A DNA stretch of 64,000 bases from a virus. Taxonomy: Duplodnaviria > Caudoviricetes. Within the stretch, counting starts at the first letter, position 1. Every line of letters starts with the position of its first letter. Below are positions 9,331 through 19,294 of this stretch, piece after piece. The DNA is taken from the IMG/VR virus record IMGVR_UViG_3300029288_000080, positions 96,001 through 160,000 of that record. One strand, written 5' to 3'. The position numbers and the translations under genes are program-made. The notes under the pieces were generated by a model. It ran no database searches, was not told where the DNA came from, and saw only the letters and a list, made by a program, of their open reading frames with translations.

Positions 9331-9873
9331 ATGGCCCAGCAGTATTTAGTTGAAATCTCGCCTGGATGCTACGAAGTGGTGGACAAGCGCCCAACCACCA
9401 GGAAGCCACAACTTAATCGCCCTCCACGGCCTTCCAAAGCCGCCGTTCCCCCGTGGCCCTGGCGGTTCTGTCCCGAGGACAATTTGATCCTAGACCAGCA
9501 CGGTGATGTCGTGGCCCGCGATGTTGAAGTCGTCAGTGAGTCCAGGCACAACAACCAAATTCATCTACGGTTTATGAACCATGGATCCCTTTGGGTCGGC
9601 AAGACAATTCGGGGCGGGATCCAAGCGCGACCTTCCAGGATTGCCCCGAGGCCCAGATGTACAAAATGTGGTGCGGAAATTATCCAGACCAACGTTTCGG
9701 AAATTTGCCGTCATTGCCACGACGCCGCCGCAGAAACCCGGCCCAAAGTCCAGTGCACTGGGTGTGGCAAGCCACTCAGCAAGGCGACGTTGTCGGGGTT
9801 GTGTCGGGCCTGCTGGTTGACCCGAGGGGAAACTCGGGAAACCCGCGAGCAGTTCAACCCCTGGCTCAGGTAA
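9331..9873 (+). CDS. Zinc-finger protein
   Basis: Four CxxC pairs in the C-terminal half. Confidence 0.6.
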   Translation: MAQQYLVEISPGCYEVVDKRPTTRKPQLNRPPRPSKAAVPPWPWRFCPEDNLILDQHGDVVARDVEVVSESRHNNQIHLRFMNHGSLWVGKTIRGGIQARPSRIAPRPRCTKCGAEIIQTNVSEICRHCHDAAAETRPKVQCTGCGKPLSKATLSGLCRACWLTRGETRETREQFNPWLR

Positions 9874-9913
9874 TTTTCTACTTCGTTCCTTATCTTGGCG
9901 ATTTCCCGCCTGT

Positions 9914-9930
9914 ACGTTAATGTTTAGTAG
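9914..9930 (+). promoter_or_regulatory. Putative late-promoter motif, copy 2
   Basis: ACGTTAATGTTTAGTAG. Confidence 0.6.
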
Positions 9931-9982
9931 CAATCCAGGTGGGCCATGGTGCCCATTGTCCTTTTCTACCCCGAGGTTTAAA

Positions 9983-10984
9983 ATGCCCTGTAGCAAGTGT
10001 CGTGAGCAGAAGTCTAAGTCCCGCGTAGCCGTCCCGAGCAATCTTGGCACCATGGATGCCCTGTACCAGGAATACGCCGCCCTCATGACCCCGGCGGAGC
10101 CCTGCCGGTCCCCCGAGGCTCTATCAGAGGAATTCAAGCGGCGGGGCCACCAGGACCCTCGGGCCGAGGGTGACCAGTTTCTGGAGGAAATCTTCAGTGA
10201 CGACTGGGCTGCCTGCAAGGTTCAGCAGAAGGCTGCGGCGGTTGAACTTGATGTCAAGACCGCCGGGTTCGATTCGCCCGAATCCATCGTGGACGAGTTG
10301 ATCCTCTGGATCGACAACACCGAGCCGCTGTACCGCCAGAAGCTCCTGTGCTACAAGAATCTGGTCGGCAAGGTTGACCGCAAGGTTTACGACGCCGTCA
10401 AGGCGGTCAAGTTGATGCTGTACTGCGTGGACGCCGCCGCCCAGAGCTACGTCAAGGAATTCGGGACCCCTGAGGACCATCAGGGCGGCACCACTTGGCA
10501 CGACGTGTTTCCCAAGAACATCAGGATCGAAGCCGCCAAGGAGTTGGTTCGCCAGTTTGCCCAGGATATGAAGTCGGGCGAGCAGTACCTGCAGGATTTC
10601 CACGCGAAGAAATACCAGCCGAAGCCCGAGGCCAAGGCTGCGCCCAAGTCCGCAGCCGTGACCAAGCAGGCGGGTGGCCCGGCCGCCCTGGACAACCTGG
10701 AACTGTGGAGTTGGATCGACAGCGAGACCCCGGAGTTTGGCCAGTTCCTCATGCAGTTGCTGGCGTCGGTGCCGGGCGGCGACGAGGCCGAGGGCATGGG
10801 CTATGAGCCATTCCCCTTCTTGGGCTGGCAAGAGTGGTCCATGATCGCCGAAATGATGCAGGCGGTCGAGGGTGCTATGGATGTAGAGTATTTGGTGCAA
10901 AAACTCATGGGTCCTGATCCTGATGACCGCGATGCAGAAATCCCTGAAGTTCCCGCCGAAGACCTCGCTGATAAGTTCAAGTAG
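9983..10984 (+). CDS. Hypothetical multi-domain protein, possible internal head protein
   Basis: GAGG RBS; acidic domains separated by K-x-A linkers. Confidence 0.55.
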   Translation: MPCSKCREQKSKSRVAVPSNLGTMDALYQEYAALMTPAEPCRSPEALSEEFKRRGHQDPRAEGDQFLEEIFSDDWAACKVQQKAAAVELDVKTAGFDSPESIVDELILWIDNTEPLYRQKLLCYKNLVGKVDRKVYDAVKAVKLMLYCVDAAAQSYVKEFGTPEDHQGGTTWHDVFPKNIRIEAAKELVRQFAQDMKSGEQYLQDFHAKKYQPKPEAKAAPKSAAVTKQAGGPAALDNLELWSWIDSETPEFGQFLMQLLASVPGGDEAEGMGYEPFPFLGWQEWSMIAEMMQAVEGAMDVEYLVQKLMGPDPDDRDAEIPEVPAEDLADKFK

Positions 10985-11000
10985 GCGTTCTTAGCCCAGC

Positions 11001-11996
11001 ATGTCCAACCCGACCCCTCGCCCCACCCCCCAGTTTATCCGGATTGACCCCTTGGCCGAGTCGGCCTTGTCGGGCCTGGGGAACCGTGATGTCACGAGGT
11101 ACTTGGAACTGGCCAAGTTGATTGTCCATCGGTACCTGGAGGAGTGTATCCGCCCTGACGGCCAGTTTCGGCAGTTTTTCGACCGGTTCGCCAATTTCTC
11201 CCACGGCTTCGTGGTCAACCAAAATCTGGACCAAGATCCTGATAAGCGTCATATCCAGATTGCCAGGTTTTTCGAGGACCTCAAGGAATCGCCCGCCCAG
11301 ATTTTCATCCAGACGACTGGCCACGAATATCAGCCGGTCGGGCCCGGCGGCATTACCGATGGCTGGAATACCCGAGATGGTCTCGGCACCCAGGTGGTCC
11401 AGGTCACCGACGTGGTGAAAATCCCGGTGCAAATCACTTGCGCGGCCCTGTCGCAGCAAGAAATCGACGACCTCGCCGCCCTGATGGCCGCGACGTTCGG
11501 ACAGTTTCAGAAATGGACCTGCAACTACATCTTGCGGGCGCAACCGACCGAAACGTCCCGGTCCCAATGGGAACTTCGGCTACCGCCTCGGTACCGCATC
11601 GCCAACATGCGGCACGACAAACTCCACGATGATCCCCGCCAGCAGGTCTGGTCGGTCCAGTGCGACCTGGATTGCGTCCTGGAAAACTCCGTGTTGCTCA
11701 GTTACCGGGCCCGGCCATCAATGCAGTTGGACGAAACCCCCGAGACATTCGAGGTCCAGGTCCCCACGGTTTTGCTGGTCCGACAAAACTTTTCGGTCCC
11801 CTTGAACTACTACCCGCCCCGCTGTGCCATTTATTCCACTGACCCCCGGGTCGCGACGGTTGACCGGGACGAGACTTCCCTTACGATCCGGCCCCGACGG
11901 CCCGGCACCTTCACCCTGATGGCCACGACGGAAGACGGGGATCAACAGGGGTGCCGCATTTTGCTCCAGCAGGTCATCACGGTTCGGGCCCGTTGA
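11001..11996 (+). CDS. Putative neck/tail-completion protein
   Basis: Position directly before the sheath; Ig-like C-terminus. Confidence 0.4.
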   Translation: MSNPTPRPTPQFIRIDPLAESALSGLGNRDVTRYLELAKLIVHRYLEECIRPDGQFRQFFDRFANFSHGFVVNQNLDQDPDKRHIQIARFFEDLKESPAQIFIQTTGHEYQPVGPGGITDGWNTRDGLGTQVVQVTDVVKIPVQITCAALSQQEIDDLAALMAATFGQFQKWTCNYILRAQPTETSRSQWELRLPPRYRIANMRHDKLHDDPRQQVWSVQCDLDCVLENSVLLSYRARPSMQLDETPETFEVQVPTVLLVRQNFSVPLNYYPPRCAIYSTDPRVATVDRDETSLTIRPRRPGTFTLMATTEDGDQQGCRILLQQVITVRAR

Positions 11997-12028
11997 TTCC
12001 ATAAATCCACCTGGGGCGACATTCCAGC

Positions 12029-12045
12029 ACGTTACTTTATAGTAG
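12029..12045 (+). promoter_or_regulatory. Putative late-promoter motif, copy 3
   Basis: ACGTTACTTTATAGTAG upstream of the sheath gene. Confidence 0.6.
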
Positions 12046-12127
12046 CGGCACAGATCTGGTGCTGCTGGTGCACTGATCAATTTTTCCGGGCCTTGGCCCC
12101 GTTGCTTTTACTACCAGGAGAATCGTC

Positions 12128-15100
12128 ATGGCGATTGCTGACCTCCGCTTGACCACCAGCCGGTACACTGTGCCCGGTACCATCATTGATTTTGTCCCGC
12201 AGCCCCAGGCCGGGACTCCCCAGGGAACCCCGCGGTATCCCTGTATCGTGGGGCGCGGCCATCGTCTTGCGCGGGAAACGTCCATCCCGCACATCCGGGC
12301 CCGGGTGTACGGCGAGCAACTGGCGTTCTCCACGACTGCCCCGTATGTGGCTTCCTTGGACCACAACGCTGCCCCGGACCAGACCTTGGCTCAACTGTAC
12401 AGCCAGTCAGGCCAGCCGGTTGATGCCGATAAATGGCGGTTTCTCGTGGACGTCGCGACCGGGACCCTGTACAACCGGGTCCAGGTCGACGCCACCGCCT
12501 ACGACCACACCGCCACGTACTACATCGAGTACCAGTCGATCGACCGGGACGTCCAGGACGACCTGCAGTTTGACGATCTTCGCGAAATGCTCCTGGTGGG
12601 TGATTCTGGTGGCCAGAACCAGTACGTGGAATACGAGGATTACCGAGTGGTCACGGGGCTCACGGGCTCGGCCACGGACCCCGATGCCCTGACCCCCGGG
12701 ACTGCCAACACGCACCTGACCGGTACGGTTTCAGCTCTCGTGAAGACCGGGGCCGTGGGCACTGGGCTCGTGACCTTCACGGCCGGCAATAGTTACACCG
12801 GGGCCTACAATCGCCGGTACCGCCTTACGGTCAGTGGTGCAAATCAATTTGACCTGACCATCACGAATCTTTCGGGTGGAAACGCCCAAGTGCCCAATGT
12901 CCCGGCCAACGCGGCCAACGCGTCTACTTTCGTACTCGTGGGTGGCGGCCCTACTTGGACGAGTGTGCAGATTACTGGAAATCCTGCAATCTACACGGTT
13001 ACACCGCTCCCTAACTACGTTGAGGACGACGGACTTCGTTTGACTTTTGACCTCAACGGCGGTGCGTTCGGGGTCACTGACTACTACGAGTGGACCGCGT
13101 ATGCCCCAGGCAAGATCGAGTTCTGTTCGGCCCACGACAACGACAACCAGTACAGCACGGTCAACGATCCGGTGGAACTGGGGATTTTCAGTGCTGACCC
13201 GGCCGTCGCGGCCACCCAGGCATCTGGTGGTGTCGTGACGATCCACTCCGACACCGATTACGTCGGGGATTTCGACCGTAGTTACTTCATCCAGTGCACC
13301 GCACAAGGCGGTGGCCCTGCTCCTGTGGCCCGGACCGCCACGATCTACTGGAACGGCTACGGCGAACTGCCCTACACCAACAGTGGTGTCGTTACCGTCA
13401 CGGAAGGCGGTAATGCCAGTGACGTCCTGCTGGAAAACGGTGTTCATCTCGTTTTCAATTTCGGGACGGCCCACGCGTCCATCGACACGACCAACACGAT
13501 CACGACCCCCGACGCCACCACGTTGTCCAGTGCCATTACCCTGGCCAACATGATCCGGACGCAGTTCAATGCCCACGATTTCGACGCTGGTCCCGTGTGG
13601 CACTTTGGTGGTCCTGGGACTCACCAAATCACGGCTGCGGTCGCGACCGATCTTGCGACTCTCCGGACCCTTTGCCTGGATATCCAGACTAAATACGCGG
13701 CCCACCTGGCCGACCTGACCGAGCATGTCCTGGCCGACACTATCTGGTCGCTGGATTCCGACCTGACTGTTTCGGCAACCTCGACCCTTGCGGCCGTGAT
13801 CGCCTGGGCCAACGACGTCAAGGCCAAGTACAACCGACACCGGCAGGCCAACGGGTTCGCCGGGACGGTCCCGCAGTCCGACACCTGGCGGGTAGACGCC
13901 AAGGCCGCGCGCCGTAACTTCACCGCCAAGGACGACCGCAATGTGACGGTCACGGTCAACACGTTTGTCCCGGCCACGACGTTCCCGATCTCTTACACGT
14001 CGTCAACGCTCGAGGGTGGATCGGGTACCGTGACGATCACGGATTATTCCGACCCCTGGGTGGACCTGCCCGATTCGATCCGCCTGATGGTCCGGAACCT
14101 TTCTACCACCGAAAGCTACACGGCCAACAACACCTTCACGTTCTCGACGGTTTGCTACGACACGGTCGACTGGACTTTGGTGTCGCGTTCGTCCGAGACC
14201 ATCGCGGAAGACGACATCGTGTTGGACACCCTCGGGAACGTCACGGGCACGCCCCTCAACTATTACCTTGACCTCCAGTACACCCCCGAGCAGGTTTTGC
14301 GCGTCAAGCGGGCCGACACCGGCGTGGCGGTATCGTACACCTGGATCACGGGTACCCCATATGTCGCGTTCTTGACGGACCCGGCCACCGACATCACGGT
14401 GGACTACGAGCATCGTGGCGACGAGCCGGATCCTGGGATGTCGTATTACGTGTCGGCCAATCGGCTTCGTGGTCTGGACGAGTACGATACGCCCCGTCGG
14501 TTCCTGTCTCCCGACGAATCCCGTGCAGCCCTTTATCCCGCCACTACCGACAACCACCTCTGGATGGCGTCGGAAATCATGTGGAACGCGGCCCCGTTCG
14601 GCATTTATGTCGTTCAGGCCCGGGCTCTTTCGGGTGATAACCATTTCGTCGCCGCAGACTACAAGCGGGCCATTGACGCCACCGAGGTGACCAGCGAGAT
14701 CAGCGACGTCACGGTGCTGTCTCCGGCTGGCTCCTGGGGGCTCGTCACGGCCTATGCGAAAAACTCTTGCGAGAAGATGAACAGCCCGTTCGAGGCCAAG
14801 GAGCGGTTGCTCTTCTGCGGGGCTCCCGTGGGGACCGCGATTGGCGACGAGTCTACTGCCGACACCCTCGTGTACTACGCGCGGCGTTCTTTGCAGTGCC
14901 CGCCGTCTGGCAAAGCCAAGGGTAACATCATCCTGCTGGGCAATACCACGGCGACCCGTAGTTTCCAACTGGAAGACGGGTCCAGCACGACCGTTACGCT
15001 GGATGGTTCGTTCGTCGCGGCCCACACGGCCGCCCTGGTGGCGTCGTTCCCGAACCCGACCGACACGATTCTGCACCGTGCCTGCGTGGCGTTCGACACG

Positions 15101-15589
15101 ATCGACACCCCCAACGAGAAGGAAGCCCTGCTCCTCGGGACCGCGTCGATCACGTGGCTCGAGGCCCTGGGGACCGGGACTTACCGGTACGCCGAGTCCG
15201 TGACGGTTGATACGACCGAAAAGGCGCTCAACGAGATTTCGGCCCGGACCCAGGCACACTTTGTCGTCCGGTACATCCGAAATCGCATGAATGATGCCAT
15301 GATCGCGTTGGTGCCGCCGAGCCCCCTGGCCGGCGTGGCCCTGCTGGCCGGTTACCTGACTCAGTTGCTCAGTGCCCTGGTGTCGGCCCAGATCATCGCG
15401 CCGTACGGGTCGGAGCAGAATCCTCCGGTCCAGCGGGATGTGTCGTCAGAAGATTACCGAGTCCTGGTTGACGAGACTGACCGGACCCTGTACCACTTCA
15501 AGTTTTTCTTCAACGGGCGCTACCCGATCAAGCGGCTCTTCGGTCTTTACTCGATTGACACGAAGTTCTGGGCTGCTTCGGCGGCGTAA
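12128..15589 (+). CDS. Contractile tail sheath protein with large insertion domains
   Basis: N-terminal YTVPGT, sheath-like core and C-terminal YPIKRLFG; position before the tube and tape measure. Confidence 0.75.
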   Translation: MAIADLRLTTSRYTVPGTIIDFVPQPQAGTPQGTPRYPCIVGRGHRLARETSIPHIRARVYGEQLAFSTTAPYVASLDHNAAPDQTLAQLYSQSGQPVDADKWRFLVDVATGTLYNRVQVDATAYDHTATYYIEYQSIDRDVQDDLQFDDLREMLLVGDSGGQNQYVEYEDYRVVTGLTGSATDPDALTPGTANTHLTGTVSALVKTGAVGTGLVTFTAGNSYTGAYNRRYRLTVSGANQFDLTITNLSGGNAQVPNVPANAANASTFVLVGGGPTWTSVQITGNPAIYTVTPLPNYVEDDGLRLTFDLNGGAFGVTDYYEWTAYAPGKIEFCSAHDNDNQYSTVNDPVELGIFSADPAVAATQASGGVVTIHSDTDYVGDFDRSYFIQCTAQGGGPAPVARTATIYWNGYGELPYTNSGVVTVTEGGNASDVLLENGVHLVFNFGTAHASIDTTNTITTPDATTLSSAITLANMIRTQFNAHDFDAGPVWHFGGPGTHQITAAVATDLATLRTLCLDIQTKYAAHLADLTEHVLADTIWSLDSDLTVSATSTLAAVIAWANDVKAKYNRHRQANGFAGTVPQSDTWRVDAKAARRNFTAKDDRNVTVTVNTFVPATTFPISYTSSTLEGGSGTVTITDYSDPWVDLPDSIRLMVRNLSTTESYTANNTFTFSTVCYDTVDWTLVSRSSETIAEDDIVLDTLGNVTGTPLNYYLDLQYTPEQVLRVKRADTGVAVSYTWITGTPYVAFLTDPATDITVDYEHRGDEPDPGMSYYVSANRLRGLDEYDTPRRFLSPDESRAALYPATTDNHLWMASEIMWNAAPFGIYVVQARALSGDNHFVAADYKRAIDATEVTSEISDVTVLSPAGSWGLVTAYAKNSCEKMNSPFEAKERLLFCGAPVGTAIGDESTADTLVYYARRSLQCPPSGKAKGNIILLGNTTATRSFQLEDGSSTTVTLDGSFVAAHTAALVASFPNPTDTILHRACVAFDTIDTPNEKEALLLGTASITWLEALGTGTYRYAESVTVDTTEKALNEISARTQAHFVVRYIRNRMNDAMIALVPPSPLAGVALLAGYLTQLLSALVSAQIIAPYGSEQNPPVQRDVSSEDYRVLVDETDRTLYHFKFFFNGRYPIKRLFGLYSIDTKFWAASAA

Positions 15590-15634
15590 ACAGGAAACCA
15601 GGATTGCCGGCGACAACGATTATTCATAAATTGC

Positions 15635-16090
15635 TTGTCGGAACTATCGTTGCTCGCCGGCCTTTTCACCATGATCCTTGAGTCCAAAGCCCAGTACGAC
15701 GGAGCCAACGACATCGTCCATGTCGTGTCGTGGATCCTGTTGGACGACTCGACTCCCGCGACCCCGGCGCTGTCGAGCGGGACAGTCCAGTTGCTCCAAG
15801 GCAATGAAACTGAGTTCACGCTGGATTTTGACCGCCGGGACGTCATGTTGATCCCCCAGGACGACGGCGTCACCTTCACCGATATTGGCCAGTTCTACTG
15901 CTTCGTGATGCACCCGGCTCAACAGCGAAACTTGACCGCCCGGGTTACCGCTACCCTGGCCGATGGGTCAACAGCCACGGTTGTAATGCCGGTGGAGTAC
16001 AATCGAGAAAACCAACGGGCTGCCACGCTCAATCCAATGATTAGCGGGCGGGAAAATCCGCAGTTTCCCCAGGACCCAAATAAGCCGTAG
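15635..16090 (+). CDS. Hypothetical virion protein
   Basis: Beta-rich ORF in the tail operon; start uncertain. Confidence 0.5.
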   Translation: MSELSLLAGLFTMILESKAQYDGANDIVHVVSWILLDDSTPATPALSSGTVQLLQGNETEFTLDFDRRDVMLIPQDDGVTFTDIGQFYCFVMHPAQQRNLTARVTATLADGSTATVVMPVEYNRENQRAATLNPMISGRENPQFPQDPNKP

Positions 16091-16102
16091 AAAGACTCCA
16101 CG

Positions 16103-16534
16103 ATGCTGTACCCCATCAGAGCAGATTGGCCCGTAAGTGTCCCGGCTGGTGACGACTACACCTTCACGGTCGAGACTACCGCGTTGGCGAACACCAGGGC
16201 GATCTACCACCCGGTACTCCGGTGCTACAATTTTTCGTCAGGTTCTTTGGACCTGACGATTTCCCACACCCTGGACCTGGGGTCTGGTGATGACCCGCTC
16301 CATAACGGGACCTTCACGATGGTGGTGGTGCAGGACACCATTCCGACCAGTTCTTACCTGGACTACGATTTTGGTGGGATCCATTTGGCCACCGACACGA
16401 CCCTGACGATTTACCACAACGTCACGGTCGCGAACGCCGGGGCTGCAGATCGCATTTTTCACGCGGTACTGTTCGGCGAGGTCGAGACCGCTACCCAGTT
16501 GCCGGCGTCGGCGCCAATCGTCCGGAACGCCTAA
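16103..16534 (+). CDS. Hypothetical virion protein
   Basis: Beta-rich ORF in the tail operon. Confidence 0.55.
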   Translation: MLYPIRADWPVSVPAGDDYTFTVETTALANTRAIYHPVLRCYNFSSGSLDLTISHTLDLGSGDDPLHNGTFTMVVVQDTIPTSSYLDYDFGGIHLATDTTLTIYHNVTVANAGAADRIFHAVLFGEVETATQLPASAPIVRNA

Positions 16535-16550
16535 CGCTCAGGAGCTTTAA

Positions 16551-17087
16551 ATGGCACAGAATCTTGATTACACGTTTGCCGCGAATCCTTTCGGCGTCCA
16601 GACCCCGCCGCTTGATTACACCCACCAGCACGCCAATATGACCAAAACGTACCATGGGATCGCCATGGCGTTTAATGGTCGGGTGGTTGGTCGTCTGCAG
16701 TCGTGGAGTACCGCCGGGGCCAAGAAGCGCGGCGCCAAGGCTGTGTACGAACTGAACAACAAGACGTTCGGACGGCCGGTTGACACGATCCCAGGGATTG
16801 CCACGGGCTACGCGATCACGGCCTCGGCCATGGAGATGTGGGGCAGAGAAATTGAATTTGTTGCAGGCTCAACCACGCGATTTGTTGACCTAATCAGCCA
16901 GACGGCTCCCTTTACCGCCGATGAGTTCTGGTACAAGGGGTCAGGGCTCTACGAGACTTGGTCGTACCTGGGTTGCTGGCTCACCGATATGGACCAGGAC
17001 GCCTGGACCGCCGAGGGTGACGCGACCTACAAGAGCAACGTGAACTTCGCCTACACGGCTCGAGTTTACACCAGGCACACAGCCTAA
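16551..17087 (+). CDS. Tail tube protein
   Basis: 178 aa; VGRLQS, VYEL and YLGCW..D motifs typical of myovirus tubes; follows the sheath. Confidence 0.7.
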   Translation: MAQNLDYTFAANPFGVQTPPLDYTHQHANMTKTYHGIAMAFNGRVVGRLQSWSTAGAKKRGAKAVYELNNKTFGRPVDTIPGIATGYAITASAMEMWGREIEFVAGSTTRFVDLISQTAPFTADEFWYKGSGLYETWSYLGCWLTDMDQDAWTAEGDATYKSNVNFAYTARVYTRHTA

Positions 17088-17120
17088 ATTTTTGCAGATT
17101 TTTTGTTTCTGTTTTGCCAT

Positions 17121-18377
17121 CGTTCGGTAAAACCTGCTACTTTCCTTGTGAACACAGGTGCCCACGGTGAAATTCCTGTTTCAGCGACGGCAGTTTCACC
17201 AACCTCGAAAGATTGGTCAGCGCTCCCATCTCGGCAGGCGTTGATTCGGGTGTAGCCCACCCTATTTGTTTCAGATTTATGGCAGCGTTGTGATCCCGGT
17301 CGCAGGTGAAACCACACTCAGGACAACAGAACGTCCTGACATTAAGGCCCAGTTTTTCCACCACGTGGCCACATTGGCTGCACCGCTTTGACGAAGGGAA
17401 CCAACGGTCCGCCACCACGACCTTGGTTCCATACAGTGGGGCTTTGTACTCCAGTTGACGCCGCAGTTCGCCCCAACCTTCATCATGGATTGCCCTGGCC
17501 AATTTGTGGTTCTTGACCATGCCCTTCACATACAAATCCTCGATCACGACCGTTTGGTTTTCGCGGCAGATCCGAGTAGTTGTTTTGTGAAGAAAATCGT
17601 TCCTGCTCCAGGCGATTTTGCGGTGAAGCCGGGCCAACGCCATCTGGGCTTTCTTGCTGTTCCTGGATCCCTTCTGTTTACGGCTGAACCGCCGTTGTTT
17701 CCTCTTCAGTTTCTCTTGGGCTTTTCTCAGGGCCTTGGGCCCCTGGATCTGTTCTCCGGTTGACAACGTTGCGGTAGTCTTGATCCCAAGGTCAACCCCG
17801 ATGGTGCCATCCGCTACCCTGGCTCGCTCAGAATGCTCGACATCAATCTGTACAGACAAAAACCAAGCGTCAGCAACACGTTTGACCACCGCCCCCATGA
17901 TCTTGCCGACGAAGCGTAATGGCTCGCGAGTCTTTACCCAGCCCAACACCGGGATCCTGACGCGGGTGCCATCCAGGCTGAATTTATCGTTGGCCATGTA
18001 AAACGAGTCATGTTGACCCTTCCGCTTGAGTTTAGGATACTGTGACACACCTTTATGCAATCTGGTGAATGCGTTTTGCACATTATGAAACGGTTGCGCG
18101 GTGCAGTCACGATGAACGTCATATGTCCATGGAAACTGTTCTCCACGAATGGTATTAAAGCTTGCGCGTAGTTTTCTACCACTGGGTTTTTCACCTGCTT
18201 GATGCAGTCTGGTCCACTCGGCCAGCGCCCAGTTGTAGGTGAAACGGGCCACCCCGCAGGCCCGAGCAAAATATTGCTCCTGCTTGACGGTGGGGACTAA
18301 GCGTATGGAGTGCGCCAAGATCATGAACTAGTATTTTACCCTTGTCTAAAGATTTAATATTAAAAATAAAAGCAGCG
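17121..18377 (-). mobile_element. Non-autonomous IS607-like, tnpB-only element (ends approximate)
   Basis: AT-rich insert between tail genes; 3' end GAAACAGGAA...TTTTACCGAACG; CG dinucleotide at both putative junctions; no tnpA. Confidence 0.55.
17137..18324 (-). CDS. tnpB: RNA-guided endonuclease TnpB (IS607 type)
   Basis: RuvC motifs GVDLG, VIEDL and DRDHNAA; CSQC/CPEC Zn finger. Confidence 0.92.
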   Translation of the reverse strand: MILAHSIRLVPTVKQEQYFARACGVARFTYNWALAEWTRLHQAGEKPSGRKLRASFNTIRGEQFPWTYDVHRDCTAQPFHNVQNAFTRLHKGVSQYPKLKRKGQHDSFYMANDKFSLDGTRVRIPVLGWVKTREPLRFVGKIMGAVVKRVADAWFLSVQIDVEHSERARVADGTIGVDLGIKTTATLSTGEQIQGPKALRKAQEKLKRKQRRFSRKQKGSRNSKKAQMALARLHRKIAWSRNDFLHKTTTRICRENQTVVIEDLYVKGMVKNHKLARAIHDEGWGELRRQLEYKAPLYGTKVVVADRWFPSSKRCSQCGHVVEKLGLNVRTFCCPECGFTCDRDHNAAINLKQIGWATPESTPAEMGALTNLSRLVKLPSLKQEFHRGHLCSQGK

Positions 18378-18458
18378 ACACAGAGCGGTAAAACACTCTT
18401 GCTGAACCAAGATTTTTCAGTGACCTCTACGGATGTCACAGAAACAGCAGGTGTCGCC

Positions 18459-19286
18459 ATGCCCACGTTTCGCCGGATCGATCAACAAGGTGAACGTGCG
18501 GCCCAGTTGCTCCGCTTGGCCACCCGCCTGATTCTTCGATCCCTTCCATCGCCTTCCAGCACCACGGTCGATAATGTGGTCCGCACCCTGGTGAAAGCCT
18601 ATGGAGTGATGCCGTTGCAACGGATCTCCATGGCCAAGGAAGCGATTGAAAAGGCCCAGGTGACCAGAAGGGCCGAAACCCTCCGGGCAGTCCACGTGAT
18701 GCTCGAGCAGGTCCTCCAGGATCTCGGGCAGTACCGGGTCCAGCCCACCGTGGTGCCACAAGAGCCAGACGTACTGGCCAGTTGGCTCCAGGCCGTTGGG
18801 GACAAGGGTTGGCGTGTCGCCGTCAAGGCCCCGGAGGAACCGGACGACTTGGCCGACGGGTTTGAACTGTCGGCCCAGTACCTTGATTCCATCGTGGTGA
18901 AGGTGTCGGCCCTGCTGGCCCAAGATCAGCAGTATGGAACGGTAGAGTTGCCCTGTATCCTGATGCAGGGCTACGCGATCCCGAAACAGACACTCCAGGA
19001 TTGGTCCGCGGCACCCAAGCGGTTGAACATCACGATCGTGTACGGCCAGTACATTGCGGTCCAGCCGGTCAAGTGTATCGGGGTCCACGCCGATTTATTG
19101 GAAATGCGCGGTGGCGGTTTGGCACTTTCCCGCGTCAACGACATCGCTGCTGTTAGCAACGTCACGGCCGCGGATGTAGTGCCGGCTCCCCGGCGCGTTG
19201 GCAACCATTATTACTGCCCGGTGTTTGACGCCCGTGACGAGCAACGGCGGCATTTCATGCAGTGGCACCCGCTGGTCCAGCGGTAA
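18459..19286 (+). CDS. Hypothetical protein
   Basis: ATG after AGGTG; in the tail operon. Confidence 0.6.
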   Translation: MPTFRRIDQQGERAAQLLRLATRLILRSLPSPSSTTVDNVVRTLVKAYGVMPLQRISMAKEAIEKAQVTRRAETLRAVHVMLEQVLQDLGQYRVQPTVVPQEPDVLASWLQAVGDKGWRVAVKAPEEPDDLADGFELSAQYLDSIVVKVSALLAQDQQYGTVELPCILMQGYAIPKQTLQDWSAAPKRLNITIVYGQYIAVQPVKCIGVHADLLEMRGGGLALSRVNDIAAVSNVTAADVVPAPRRVGNHYYCPVFDARDEQRRHFMQWHPLVQR

Positions 19287-19294
19287 AGGAAACC

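Noticed and set aside
12731-15259. Long minus-strand ORFs (369 and 418 aa) and similar ones at 29435, 37058 and 48206
   Set aside because: Antisense shadows of GC-rich genes, with no motifs or RBS
18342-18458. Tail gene interrupted by the IS607-like element
   Set aside because: The extension begins in the AT-rich element end and joining the flanks gives no frame; ATG 18459 has an RBS
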